A stretch of 60,699 nucleotides of DNA, filler included, from Sphacelaria rigidula (GCA_964200075.2; 6 parts of 6 records of this genome joined end to end with filler, not necessarily neighbours in it), one strand, 5' to 3'; numbered from the whole stretch's first letter, positions 10,834-24,724 are shown. Made by a program: numbers and translations. The notes: generated from the letters alone by a model not told the origin.

Positions 10834-13800
10834 AAGATATATGGTTAAGAGAGGCTGTTGTATCTCAGTGTACAGTAGTGATCGTGGCGGTACAGAACAT
10901 CGTATGTGTTATCGGATGTCGTTCAGGAATATGGAAATTCGGACGGAGGCCGACGGCGGAACCGCCTGCGTAGGACATGTGTGTGTAGTATTTCCGAGGT
11001 GCCAGAGTGCGAAGTAGCTCTCGTACCACGAAGCCATGACAGCGGGAGGCACTCCCGAAAAATTGGAATGCATGGAACATTCTTGGCATGTTCTTTGTAC
11101 ATCGCTGTGGCTTCCACATCACCTGGCCTTTTTTTTTCAAAACAGGCGGATTGTTTTTGCGGCAAAACCTTCCTGTGCTGTCGTGCTGCTGTGCCTTGTT
11201 CAACTCGCCAACGGCCCATCCATTGCACGGTCTTGTGTCTGCTGGTGACTACGGTCAAGGCAATGTTCAACTGTATCCAACCGCTTTGCTCTCATGTCCT
11301 CGTGATATTGGCGGCATAATCGGTGTGTACGTGCTCCCGAACGAACGAGAACGCGACAAAGAGGAAAACGGGGGGAGAAGAATGCGCGCGTAAGGTTCAG
11401 ATTAATTTGGGGGTTTGGGGGCTTGAAATATGTTTGCTTTTTTTTCAAAACTGAACCGTTTGACCGCGAGCATAGGTCACCTATTGAATCAGCATACATT
11501 TCACTTAAGAGACGACTGCATGGCCAGATGACCTACCCTCGCCGTCACAAGGTTAAAACGAGCTCAAAATTCTTGAAAAGCTCATCATGTGCTTGAAACG
11601 CCCGTAAAGTTGCCTGAAAGTGCCCCTCCCCCCCCTATGGCCTGTTGCATGGCTCGTCACCAGACAGGCTCTAGTACTTCGAACTGCCATGGTTGCGGGT
11701 CTGATCCGAAAAACGTTTTGCTGTATATTTCATATACGTCATACCATCCATGTTGAATTGAAAAATGTGATACAAGATTTTTGTACAATGGTTGTACAAG
11801 GGGACATGGAGCCCCGGTGTAAATTGTACAGCGTACAATCTGTTGTACAGCGTTTTTGAGGGAGAATCAGTGAGAGCAGCAGCGACAAGTCACCATAAGC
11901 GAGCTCATAATGGGGGCTTAAAACAAGCTTCATATTCATATACAAGGTTCCCCTTCGGGAGGTTGGTACTGGCCTCCCGGGGTGACGCAAGTCGAAAATA
12001 AAACAGTGGTATTCCTTTTTCATATCATGGAGGCAATTGTGTGGGAGAATATATATTTTCCAGTTGATATGTACTGTCATATTCCGCAGTTTCAATTGTC
12101 TCAGACGAAGAGTGGCGGGAAGAGCGGTGGATACTTCCAGCATGAAGAGCTCGCTTCACGGGCGGAGTGCAGAGGTGGGAAGAACACCATCACGCACGAG
12201 ACCCGTCACAGCACACATCGCAAGTGACTGCTACTGAAATAAGGTCGCGTCCCGGTAGAACACGGCGAACTTGTGCAGGGTTCTCTAAATGCCGGCCCGA
12301 CCCCACGCGCACGGATTTCAAATCACACTTGTATACAGTACAGTATATATGTATGAAACTGCTTGCTGTCTGTGTGTACGTGGTGTACCACCCCTCGCTC
12401 TGCCACATCTAGTACAGCGGTCGGTGTTGCAGCTGAGTGTGCATTCGCCCTAGGTGGCGCACGCAAGAGTAATAGGTCGCCTCTTCCTGCCTGAAACTTG
12501 AGCGGAGCTGTATGGTAGAACAGCCGCTATGGGGCGCAAGCCGGCTGTAACAATTCATACCGCGTGGAGATTCTCTACACTGTCTTGAAGTCATACTGCG
12601 CGCAGTTCCGACTCTTGTACGAGTACTGTGCACGGCGCAGAAGGCAATAGCTTCTATACTGTGCACAGTACATGCTTTTTAAATTGTATACTGACTGTAG
12701 AAAACTCTTGTCTAGGGTGTATTACATCTCCATACAAATCAGGCGGTGAGATCGTGAAATAGTCCACAGCACAGGGCCGAAGTGGAAGTGAGGTAATCAC
12801 CGAAATATTCGCGTGCAAAGCCTGAGCGGCCGTACTCCGAGTTGATAACGCTAGAAGAACACCAGTGCAACGGCCATTTCGGCTGCCGGCCTGTTTGCAC
12901 GGTCGTCCCGGTAGTGATGGGACTGTCTGTACCGGGATGTCACCCCCAGTGCCAGGTACGCCGGCAAGGGTCCGTGGCACTACCCACTGGTCGCGCGACA
13001 GGAGCTTAATCTTCGACTGTCGAGATTTTTGAAGCGGGAATGTTCAGCTCCCAACCGTCACATTAACATATTCAGCGGGGCATAAACGACGCTTGCTTGC
13101 TGAGTCCTCAAGCGTTCGTCCATGACTGGGCGAAGATTGATGATGAGGCCGGCAGGATCCGTCGCAGCCTGCGTGCTCAGCTGTCACTGTACCCACTCTA
13201 TCTAGCCGTCATCAAACAACAGGGTGTTGAAAAAATGAAATGCCACGCACCGTGGGTGTCCACCGTATCAATGCACACCGGGCCATCAGCGCCTTCCCCT
13301 GCTGCAGCTGCGACTGTGACCCCTTCCTCTAATACCAATCTTCACATTCTCCAGTGTTCTTCACCATGCTTTCGTGGATCGTTATGTTCGCATAAGTGGG
13401 GCACACATTACGCAGATATAACCGTGTTAGAGGCTTCACGTCGGAACTAAAGGATCCCAGATCATTGGACTCGTGCTCACCGCTGACTGAGTCAAGGCAA
13501 TGTCCAGCTGTTTCCAACTGCTTTGCTCCCATGTTCTCGTGAAATTCGCTGCATAACCGCTGTCTTCGTGTTCCCAAATCGTCGAGAAGGCAAAGAAAAT
13601 AACGGTGAAAAAATACCCCGCCATGAGCGGGCTGTTGTGGTTCTTGTTTGAAGTTTACCACGATCTTGAGAAAGGCTTTTGTGGTTCGGGATCGACACCC
13701 CTGGGAAAAAGAGCCAGCGTGGGCGACTTTCGATGACCAGAACACGCGCCACAGGTAGTAGATGACACCCAAACCAGAACGGTAACGTACCGCTGAGTCT

Positions 13801-14303
13801 TCTTCGTGCACTGCAAAAAAAAGCGCGTGAGAAGATGCCTTGCCGCCTGAGGAAACTCGGCAAAAGTGGTGAAAACCGTGAAATGATAAATGTACATACA
13901 TGTATATATATATGTTGAAGAAAAATGGAGCTTAATTTGAAAAAAAAAAGAAGCGCAAACGAAGCTAAAGCCTAGGTGCGATACGCCGTTGCAGATCGAG
14001 ATCGGTTCTCAGATGGAGAATTTCGAGGACGCCAACGTACTCAACCGAGAAGCATGGAATCACTAAACGCTGTCTCTACGTGACGTCTATTTACAGGATT
14101 TAGCGGACGAATTCCGTGGTTGAACGTATTTTGTTGTTTCCATGTAACCCGAGAACCCGAAACTAACCCCCAGCTCGATGCATGCCGGGTATCTTCGGAC
14201 ATGGAGAGGGTGGATACGATGTCCTGGGGAAAATGAGCGTTGGTGAGGCTCAAATTTGCACCTGCTTGAGCCAAAACGCGCCCTGCGGAGTCATGCTACG
14301 AGA

Positions 14304-14440
14304 GGGGGGGGGGGCGTACTCATTCGTCCCTCGCCTTAGTCGTTTGGCCATTGACCACGCGTCCCATTCGAGACGGAGCAATAGGGCGGGGGGCGTACTC
14401 AATTGTTGCTCAACTTTGTCGTTTGACCATTGAGGGGGGG
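14304..14440 (-). mobile_element. Two tandem C-tailed LINE 3' stubs, each bracketed by G runs
   Basis: G11-cgtactca...gagacggagca, then gggcgggggg-cgtactcaa...gaccattga-G7. Confidence 0.75.
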
Positions 14441-14696
14441 TTGTTCGATTCCACGAAAAATGGGCTCATGGGTGCGTCAGACGACCCAACACATACGCGG
14501 TGCGCTTGTATTTAGGTAAAAACGGTGTAAAACAGTATGAATGAGCGTAATATTCGTCATAAATCGGAAGCAAGCGCGTTCGAGCTACCCTTGCTGCTAT
14601 CAACGACGATTGTAATTAGAATTTTGTGGAAGAAAACTGGTCAAAATACCCCCCCCCCCCCCTATGGTATCTATCGTAGCCTCCTGATACTGGGCA

Positions 14697-14870
14697 CTTT
14701 TCTTTCTTTCTTTCCTTGATGGAGGGAGGAAACTTGGCCCAACACTTACCCAGTAAGCGGGGTTCGTTTGCCGATTAGCCGGAGGCTCGAGTAGACCGTC
14801 TCGCGGCAATCATGTAGGGTAGACTGCCTCGAGCGTCTGCAAGCTACCCGAGTGATGTGCGTGGAAACGG
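14697..14870 (-). mobile_element. LINE 3' end fragment, family C, with A-rich tail
   Basis: T-rich run followed by ccttgatgga(g/a)ggaggaaac..caacacttacc; related copies at 26655-26785 and 30229-30282. Confidence 0.55.
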
Positions 14871-16272
14871 CGGAGCAAAAAACCGGTCGAAAATGGCGTG
14901 TTGTGCTGTTTTCGCATTTCTTGTCAATTTTCTTACCTTTCTTAGGCAAAAAAACGCGAAGGTATACCTTTTCTGCACCATTGCCCATTTGATGAACCCC
15001 AACTTGGCCCAGATTGGAGGAGCCTAGATGGTGTTTTTTTTTTCGATTTTCGCACCTAAATCCCCAACCTGTGCTGCATATCGGGTGAAAGTGGACCCCC
15101 CCCTCCCCCCCCCTCCCCAACCTGTAAGAAGGTGACGTATGTACAGTGCCATACGATGATAGGACAAGAGGAATTTGATCTTCTTGAAACCGCGGCAGTA
15201 GCGTCTCGTGTGACAGCACAGACCGTGCCTACCCGCGGCAGGTGCTCTGGGGTAGCTCCGTAGCACAGGTAGCGTGTGCTCAAGGCAGTGTAGGCATCAG
15301 ACCCACGAAGACCCCCCTGTCATCTTGGCGCCGTGCACGCGCCGCCCTATTTGTTATTTTATTTTCTATATACAAGCCGCACGCGACCCGGGGCTGCGCC
15401 CCGGTCCCGTCCGTCTTTCCAGAGGGTCTCGGTATTCTTACCTTGCCAAGCCCTCGTGAGAATAGATCCTCTCTCGAAATGTTCATGCGCGCCGGAAACA
15501 TTGCAGGACCACCGCGATCGCGTTTCCGTTCGAACGGTCGCGAACGCACGTGTACCCGCGAACAAAGTAAAGTGCGAATACACTTACCGGACCCCTAGCA
15601 TTGATTGACATTGGCCCGAACAGTCATCTCCCGGGGCGGGTGCGGAGGAACTTGCACACTAAAATCAGCAATAAATCTCGTGGACGCCTCTTTACAAAGT
15701 ATGCTTCACGCCCGTGAGTTCGAAATATTATGGATATATATATATACTATTTCTTTCATCGATTTGTCGCACTTCGAACCCCCTCCCCTTCCTCTCAAGG
15801 GATCAACCCATCTCTCCCCCGCTACACACCTTGCTTGCATTTCGGTCTCGCGGATTGGAACATGACCAGCACTCCCGCACCGCGTCAACTCTCGTCAAAC
15901 AAACTAAGTCAACTACTACTTTGTTCATCACTCACGTTATCACGCTTCCCATGGTGGAAATCAGAGGTACCCTTGAGAACTTCGGCCCTAGGTTGTGGGG
16001 GCATTATTTGCTGGGACGGTGGACCCCCTTACAGATCCGACCGTGGCAAGTCACGGTAAAGCGCAGTAGTATCTGCTTAGCCATGGATTCCGTGGACTAA
16101 TTCGTGCACACTACTATTCGCTGCTGTACGTGGGTTTAGGGGGTCTGTTGGTCCGTAAAATAATTCAGCTGCCCACGGATCCGATGAGACGGAGATGAAA
16201 AAAACTATTGTAGTCGGATAGGCCGCAATTCTAGCGTCTCCGATCACGTCGATCTGTTCTCAATCCGCGCAG

Positions 16273-16473
16273 GAATCGGCATCATCCGCGGAGTCTCGAG
16301 TGTTGGCGACCTTTCTCACGGAGATGGACGGTGTTGGTGCTACGAAGGGCGACGGGGTGATAGTAGTCGGTGCCACCAATCGCCCCGAGGCTGTGGACAA
16401 GGCTCTGCTGAGGCCCGGGCGCTTCGACCAGGTCATATACGCACCTCTGCCGGACGCGGATGCCAGAAAAAAG
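16273..16473 (+). CDS. AAA+ ATPase (AFG2B/SPATA5L1-like), exon with second region of homology and Arg fingers
   Basis: [15 protein letters not shown]...[33 protein letters not shown]; acceptor gcgcAG|, donor |GTAAAA; in phase with the previous exon. Confidence 0.92.
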
Positions 16474-18838
16474 GTAAAATAATCCTTGTACTTCGTGTGA
16501 GAATAATGTTCTCGTTTCGACGACAACCCGATGTATTGCGCAACGTGCTCCATGTTCTAGGGGTGTGTGGTGGGCGTCGCGACCGTTGAGCTGTGTTGGG
16601 AAGCGCTTGGAGTACCTCTCATCGTAACCTTGCGCGTGTTTAGCTTCGTGTTTCATGCCTTCTTGTTTTGCCACGGACCCTAAGGGGCAAGCTTCCTCTG
16701 TGCCACCTTTGAACACATGTGGTGGCTTGGTTTTGGTATTCATTATTATTGCCCATTTATTCAATGACACTATCATGATGGCACTTTTCCCATGGCTTGT
16801 GCGGGGTTCAACATTCAAGTTCACAAATGCCGCGAGACAGGCACACAAGGGCATGTCTCCAGTGCTGTAATGAGAACTTATCATGAAACCCCTTTATTTC
16901 CGTCGAACATCGCTGGATCATGACACCTACCTGGAGCTTTTTTTCTTTCACGTTGTCAACGGATGACAGTTACTATAAGTCACACTCGATCTGTGATCCC
17001 ACCCTCCCAGCATGACCAGGATACGAGGAGTCAACTACCGTAGTTGCGGGGGACAACACCCTCCCCCCCGCCCCCCTGATGTCTTCTTTTATCCCCGTCA
17101 AGTATCAAAATATGGGCATAACTTGCACTACCGAAGGAGGTCGTGCGTTGCTTCCATGGAAATGTACGGACTACGACATCTCGACCAGTGCAAAAGTCAA
17201 CCGTTGTCGTTTTTTTCCGGCCAAGAGCAGGGGGCTCACGAACAACCAAACGTGTGTCGTGCTGACTTGTCTTTGGCGTGGAAAATGACGCGTATCACGA
17301 GAATGAAGTACGCTCTCCCACATAGCGTGCAGGCTGTGCGGATCACGTTCCAAATCCCTCACAGAGCAGCACCAGCGCAGCACAACATTCCACCGCAACC
17401 TACGGAAAAAAAGTCCATTGTAGGCCTCTGTATCTGGACCTCCCATCGATAGAGGTTATTTCCAGCACGATGCCGGGGCAACGGCGAAGTGTTCGCTGGA
17501 TATTGCGCCAAGAGCGATCGCGAGTCAACAGCAAAGCGTATCTATATCACACAGGCCGAGCTGGCCTGGGATTCATCGAAGGGTGTCCCCACTAATATCA
17601 AGTCACACACACATATATACACACATATATACACACATACATACAGATTACTCACTGAGATGGAGTGATTTTATCGCGGGAGGCGTGGGGTGCTTTCAAC
17701 ACTGCGTGCACACGGCGCTAATCCTAGCTTTCAGCACCACGGAAGGTTCTCGCCTAGAAAGGTTTGAGATCCCTTACACAAAAAGATCTCCGCGGAATGT
17801 TCTCCACGAGACAAAGCGTCGGCGAGCTGGCCGCCGCGGTCAGCGAGTAAATAAAGGTTGGATCTCTTATCGGCCTAGGTTCTTCTCGCTGAGAAAGGCC
17901 ACACCTACGGTACACCTCGTACGGCACGTTCCTAACGACTCAGGTCAGGTTCCGGCGCCAGTATTAGAGCACTATCGCTTTGAAATCAAGCTATCATCCA
18001 CAGTGTAGTGAGTCTGCGAGCAGTTCATACCCGCTGCTGTATCGGGCGCTGTGTCGGTAGAAATGGCGTCATCGCGAGTAATCCGAAATCAGTATCAGTG
18101 TGTATGCTACGGTGCAGAGCAGCGGGTAAGTCACAGCACCCCTGCTATTTTCCTACTTCATGTTTTTGGATCACAATAGTTGTGATGAGGCCGTATCTCA
18201 GCACATCATGTTTCGATCGGACAGATGGTGATTTTCAACCATCTTTAAGGATGAAACGACGATGGTTGAAATTACGATATATATCAGGTACGGGACTTCT
18301 CCTTTTCCACCGCACGTTTTCGATCGAAGAAAGAAGGTGTTAAGACACACCCTGAGCCAAGCTCGAAGATTTCAAAAAGCATGGATCTGCGATTAAAAAA
18401 AAAACAGTTTTTTTTCGCAAGACCCACCCCAAAGATGCAGGACGCATGGGCAATCATACGGCGGTGGTGACCATTGTCCAGGATACCATAGATTTGTTTT
18501 TGAAATGATTCTGGTGGTGTCACGTGGTTGTTGAAACTTTCCATATCGTGGAACATGACTCATGCCTGATTTCTTATCTTTGCGGTATATGTATATATGT
18601 GTCTGTATATATGTGTATGTTTTTCTGTATACATCTGTGATTCTTTATATTTGCTCATATATATTTCCTAGTTTCGTGCTGGTAATACTGTTTCGCTTGT
18701 TTTTATCATTTTTGTTTTCTTCATCGCCTCGGTCGCTACGATCAGACCCCGGTCACAAAAATGTGCTCGGATCCCGCAGTGGTACTCAGATATTGGAGGA
18801 TGACTGCGGCGCGTGTTGTTTCTTACTCCGTCGAACAG

Positions 18839-18940
18839 ATATTCGAGGTACACACAAGCAAGATGGCTGTGGATCGCGAAGGCGTAGATTTCCGGATCCT
18901 GGCTCAAGTTTCTGAGAGGCTTACGGGGGCGGAAATCGAG
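18839..18940 (+). CDS. AAA+ ATPase lid-domain exon
   Basis: IFEVHTSKMAVDREGVDFRILAQVSERLTGAEIE; acceptor gaacAG|, phase 0; probable GC donor GAG|GCAAGA. Confidence 0.85.
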
Positions 18941-20168
18941 GCAAGACCTGATACTTTCTTGCAGCAGAAATAGAGTTGATGCTACTCAGCTGACAAATAA
19001 TCAACCGTTTCAGCGCCCGCGGCCTGCTAACCCTGACAGTCCCGTGGAGGATGACGATATTGTAGACAAGGAGGGCGTACTATAATAGGACGTACGGGTG
19101 CTGAAATTGATTCGAGTCTTGAATTTTCGACCACCAGCATCATCACAGCAGGCTAACAAAGAACATGGTTAGGCAGAAAAGAGAGGGGGGGTTGTTGCAG
19201 TTGCACCTGTGTCACGCAATATTTAATAGCGAGCACGGTAGCTGCTCTCTGTACGTCTTCGTGTCCTGCCGGCGTTGCCGTTGGTGCTTCCAACAAAAAA
19301 CAGCGGATTCTCAAAAATGGTGTTAAACAAAAAAATGAGGTTCAACTCAAAAGCAGTGCTTTCCCTGCCCTCAAGTCATGACAAATTACCGTCATATGGA
19401 CGACCTCATGCATCCCGATCTCCCTATAATTATTTCGGAGGATTTCTAGCCTTGCGTTCCCCCAAAATGTGCGAAAGCACGAATTTAGGCCAAAAATCGT
19501 CCCTTTTTCACTCCGAAATCGACGCAAAAATGTGATTTCGCGCATACCCTTTGGGGAACGGAAGGCTAATAACCCCCCGAAATAGTTCTAGGGGGGTCCG
19601 GAGGGATGAAGTCGTCCATGCGAAAGTGATTTGTCATGATAACTTTAGGCCAGGGAAAGCACTGCTCTTGAGTTGAAACCTCATGCTTTTGAGTTGAAAC
19701 CTCAGTTTTTTGTCCAATCTCATTTTTGAGAAATTCGCTGTTAAAAGGAGATCTACACGTGATTGCAGAGCAGCTAGTGGTGGTGTGCAAACATCACCCG
19801 GAAAAAAAGACATGATCTACTGGATGTGCGTAGCAATACCCTAGCGGGCCCGGAATGCCATGTTCACGTGAAGGCGTTGCCTATTCCGCCGAATTACCGA
19901 GTCCAACCCCCCCCATGTGTGTCGAGAAATACAAAAATAGTGCGCCGCCGGCTCGTAGGCGCGACCATGGTTGAATGAGAAGGTTGATTTTACCGTATAA
20001 TTGGTGTGGAAGTACAGGTTATCATATTCATTTTCAGTGGAAAAGTCCAACCATTTACTGAATTTCTAGCATGTATCGTCGCATATATAAATATATATAC
20101 ATATATATTTGGGCAATGGCCTAGAAAAGGTAAACCTTCTCGTTTTTTGCCTAGGAAAGGTACGAAAA

Positions 20169-20268
20169 NNNNNNNNNNNNNNNNNNNNNNNNNNNNNNNN
20201 NNNNNNNNNNNNTTAATTAATTAANNNNNNNNNNNNNNNNNNNNNNNNNNNNNNNNNNNNNNNNNNNN
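20169..20268. other. Artificial contig-joining spacer
   Basis: Same N44-TTAATTAATTAA-N44 structure. Confidence 0.98.
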
Positions 20269-22212
20269 AAAGGAGTACGCCCCCCCCCCCCCTCGAAAAA
20301 AAACAAAACAACCGTTCCCATTGAAGGAATAATAGTTACGGTTTTCGGGATGCCCTGATATCACGGAATTTTACAAAATACCAACGGATTTTTCAGGGTG
20401 AGCCTTGAGAACAATCATAAGGCTACTTCTAATGTATTAAAAAAAAAATCTGCGAAGTGCATTTTTGGCCCTTTTCCGTCGCTTTCCCCCAGAAAAGACG
20501 GCTAGTGTGATGAAGCTCAGAGGCGTTGCAAGATATACTCTGTGCGGGTCTGCTCGTAGACCCTGGATTCCGTGACGCGTTGTTACCGCGTTTGCTACTG
20601 TCATANNNNNNNNNNCGGCCGCACGCAGCGGTCCCCCTTCTTGATCAGTTGCTGCCCTTGCCGTGGTCTACCCTGGGCCATCACTACGCTCTGCTTCTAT
20701 GGCTGCCCCGCGGCTGTACTGAGTAAGAGCTCGCTTCATGCTTTTGTACGAGTGTAGTAATCAGGTGTACGAGGTGGTGAATCTTTCCAGAGTAAACAAA
20801 AGCGCGACGAGTCAATATCAATATCCAACCGCCGTCTTGGTGCCCACACAGGTGCAATCAGTTCAATTGCGCCGCGGTGCCTTTGCAAGGGTCGGAAGAA
20901 TCCGTGGTTTGTCTGGAAATGACTTCATTTTAGTGCAATTACCTCGTACCGTACGCATCAATCCTCCAGTCCTCAGGTTCTGTTTCCAGCGTTACACCCC
21001 AGGTACGCGCGCAGCCCAGGAACGTGGGGTGACAGGTGATGCGAAAAATACGTGGAGACCTTCTGGACCAGCGGTCACCTTTCTTCTACCTTTCGGGCAA
21101 TCAGGCCAGAAAAATCATGGACTCGGTTATTGGAACCGGCGATTACTGGTCAGAATCGCTCTGTGTGATATTTTTCACCCCCGTGCGATCTGATTGGCTA
21201 TACCACATTGTACACATGGGCCTTTTTCCATCAAAGTTTTATTTTTGTTTTTGGCCATGGCGCGTTTACTTCATGTCACATGTCACGTAACAAAAACACA
21301 GCCAACCGAAAAGGAGATCGGGGTCGCACCTGCAGAATAGTTGCAAGCTCAAGCAGGGCTCCGAGGTCCAGCACTTGGTGAAGCTACTGCAGTACATAAC
21401 CGGTGAGATCACATCATGTACATAGAACGTCTTCATATACGATGCTCTTGTATCACACTAAGTGTAGCCTCATGCGTGCATTGCAGTATATTCGGGGTTG
21501 TGCTGTGCTCCACAGTCTACGGTAGTCTGTCCGGACCTATATTGGCTGTGTTCAAATGTCAGTCTTTCACGATTGTGCAAGCGCAGCAGGAGCGATATTC
21601 AAAAACAAATTTCCTCACAGAGCTCGTGTGCTATGAAAGAAGAATGACAGGCAAGGGATCCATCGAGCCAGCACCAGCACTCACTCATCCGACCTATCGG
21701 AGGAACTACTGCACATCACAGACGGCACATTTACAGTACCTGCTTCGTGCAGTCAAAACTCCGTACACACCTTGTAGCCTCTGCAGGGTCGTACATGGTG
21801 CACGCTGTCGCTCTAGACCAAGTCGCCCCACCACACTGTACGGACCGTGCTGTGGACACTATCCCTACGCTATCATTGAGGTGATCTTACAGCTACTCGT
21901 TTAGTGCCATGCGACACGCATGGACTACTAGTGTTTCACGGTAAAATACTGTTATGAAAGTACGAGCATCAGCACCAGCACCAGCGCCAGCACCCAGGGT
22001 TGCGCATGGTTTAGTGTCACGTTTTTTACCACCTATATCGAAATCGTTACACGATGGGATCAGCAGGCTCGATGAAGCATGGACTCACTGTCATGTTGGC
22101 CCCCAACTACAGGAAATATAAGCTCTTCCCTCTTAGAAGAACTCCGCGCAAACTGATGATTAATGTTTCCCCACCCCAGGCAAAACAAATACTAACGTGA
22201 GCACGAGTATTG

Positions 22213-22550
22213 CAAGGGCGGGTCGAGTAGGGTATACCCAATACTCGATACTTGTGAGAGTCAAACTCTTCCTGGTACCCGAACATTTGGGTAGATTGTT
22301 GATATAATACCAAATTTACCCAAATGTTGGGTAGAGTAGGGGTCATACCCAAGTGATACTCTACACCCAAGTATTGCTGAGAGTACCTACCCAAATTTTG
22401 GATGGAGTATCGAAATCGTACCCATTTTACCTTTTTTTGGGGTGGAGTGTTGAGGTCACACCCAAGTGATATTATACACGCAGGAAGTTGCCGAGATTGC
22501 TTACCCAATATTTGAGTCGAGTATTGAGGTCGCACCCAAGTGATGGTCTG
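22213..22550. repeat. ACCCAA/TTGGGT motif array (MITE-like)
   Basis: Many cacccaagtgat, tacccaa and ttgggta motifs. Confidence 0.6.
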
Positions 22551-22551
22551 T

Positions 22552-23032
22552 AGCCGCTTCTTACAGTATAGTTGAAAACGGGCGTTTTGAAAACTGCCCT
22601 TTCTGAGTCTTTCATCGGGGAGTTTTGGCGGAATCCGGGCCTTGGCAGCTTTGGCCCCCTCTGAAAGATTTGTTGTGTTTTCCACGAGGATTCTAGCGCA
22701 CTTGTCCCATTTTTCGTAGGCTCAGTTTTACTTTTGGCCGGATTCCCGATTTTTTCAGTCACCCCAAAAATCCTCCAGTTGTCAGGAAAACCACGTACTT
22801 AACCCGACAGCTCAAATATTTTTGGGGCGACTGAAAAAATCGGGAACCCGGCCAAAAGTAAAGCTGGGCGTACGAAAATCGGGAAAGTGCGCTAGAGTCC
22901 TCGTGAAGAACATAGCGAATCTTCAGGAAGGGATCCAATCTGCCAAGGTTCGGATGCCGCCAGAATTTCGCGATGAAACGCTCAAGAAGGGCAGTTCTCG
23001 GAGAGCCCATTTTCAGACTAGGAGAAGTGGCC
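22552..23032. mobile_element. Foldback MITE: ~480-bp imperfect palindrome
   Basis: Left arm ...tacttttggccggattcccgattttttcagtcaccccaaaa pairs with right arm ttttggggcgactgaaaaaatcgggaacccggccaaaagta...; arms stay alignable to both ends; centre near 22796. Confidence 0.85.
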
Positions 23033-23955
23033 GTGGCTAGGGCACAATGAACAAAACAAAGTACCGGTAGGTGAGGTCGTTTTTCTTTTCTTCCTTCATT
23101 GGTTTCGGGCGTTTTAGTGTAAATACATTTTTTTCACCAAAAAGCCTGGACCTTTCTTGAAAAAAAACGATGACCATTTTTTTTTATTTTGCATACCTCT
23201 GTGGTTCTCCATGCTGAGTGTCAAATCACGATTAAAAACACAGAGCTCAGGAAGTTCACGTTAGTTTGTACCGACTAAGCTCGTACAAGCCTGGGCAGTG
23301 CTCGTTGGGGAGGATCTGCAGGTTGTAGGCCCCTTCTACCCTCTATTTCCGAGTTGGACTCTAAAAATTGCACTGGGCATGAAGAGAGAAGAAAAAGACA
23401 CGTTTTTCGGCCGAGATTTGTCTTCTTGGCATGGCTACGCACATATCACTTGAAAATAGCTTTCGATTGTTGCCTTGAAGTCATGAAAAACTACAATATG
23501 ACCCCCACGTATGTATGTTTTTATGTTCACTCCACTGGATCTTGACTCTTGCCATTTACGAATGAAGAAAAACTAGTCGCTTTTTCCCACATGTTTTTCT
23601 GGTTATGCTGAAGGCTTTCCCCGCACAAACCTTTGAAGTACAGCTCTGAAAGTTGATCTGAGAATTGGTCGTTTTGAACCGGGAGGGTTGAGATTCGGAA
23701 AAGTGTTCTGCAGGCCTTTCACCAGCCCACGAGAGATGAAGGCCAGCGACGGCGGCACGACGCCTCCGTGAGAAAATCATAATATGCTTCGTTCCAGAGC
23801 CAGAATCCCAAAGGCCTTCAACGGTTTCCAAAAGCAGGTTAAAACGGTTCTTCGTTCAACATCTCTAGATCCCGAACCTGGCGGAAAGCTCGGAAGGGCA
23901 AAAGCGGTAATGCCGCGAAATATCGTCACAGAAGTGGGACGTATTGGAAAAAAAT

Positions 23956-24148
23956 CAGGGGTCTACAAGTTACACGTGCCACCACGTTACCCCGTTACGT
24001 TCGCGTTACGTTTTGGCCGAAACGTAACGTGAACGATATTTTTCACGTTATGCACGTAACATTAAATTTCCAAATGAAACGTTCACGTAACGTTAGAATT
24101 TATTTCACGTGATGAACGTAACGTGAACGTGTGACGTGTAGACCTCTG
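23956..24148. mobile_element. hAT-type MITE with ACGT-motif interior
   Basis: TIRs CAGGGGTCTACAAGTTACACGT and (rc) CAGAGGTCTACACGTCACACGT; 8-bp flanks aaaaaaat/aaaagaat (7/8 match, TSD). Confidence 0.8.
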
Positions 24149-24681
24149 AAAAGAATGAGTTCCGCACGTCCAGTCGTACCGGATATGATAGGCAGCGACA
24201 AGTACACCGTATGAGGACCTGTACACCCACTAAAATCCGCCCCAAATCCAACCAAAGAATACAGGCCTACACACATGAACACTCGCTCACTGGCAATCAT
24301 GTACGGGTGCGTAATGAGTATAGCCCTTCACTCAGTATCATTTTCATCTCACATTGAATAAGAATACGAATGCTCTTACTAAGAACCTACGAGTAAATAT
24401 GGCACAGGCCGCCATCAGTCAGAGACTTACTCCCCTTCTACCCCCCCTCGGCTCCCGTCCTCACGGCGCGCCTCCGCCTCGTCTCCGCCGCCACTGCAAA
24501 CTTGCGTCGTCACCGATTGACTAACTGATTGTTTGATTGATTATCTCACATTATCTGATTGCAACAATCCAGCCCGTGGTTAGGAGCAGCAAAAAAAAAA
24601 GGACAGAAAACAAAGAAAAAGGAGAAAAACAGAAAAGACAGCAGCAACAGCCACAGAAAGGAAAGAAGAAAGGAAGCAGCG

Positions 24682-24682
<1 letters not shown>

Positions 24683-24724
<42 letters not shown>
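24683..24724 (+). repeat. (CAA)n microsatellite
   Basis: Seen directly. Confidence 0.95.
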
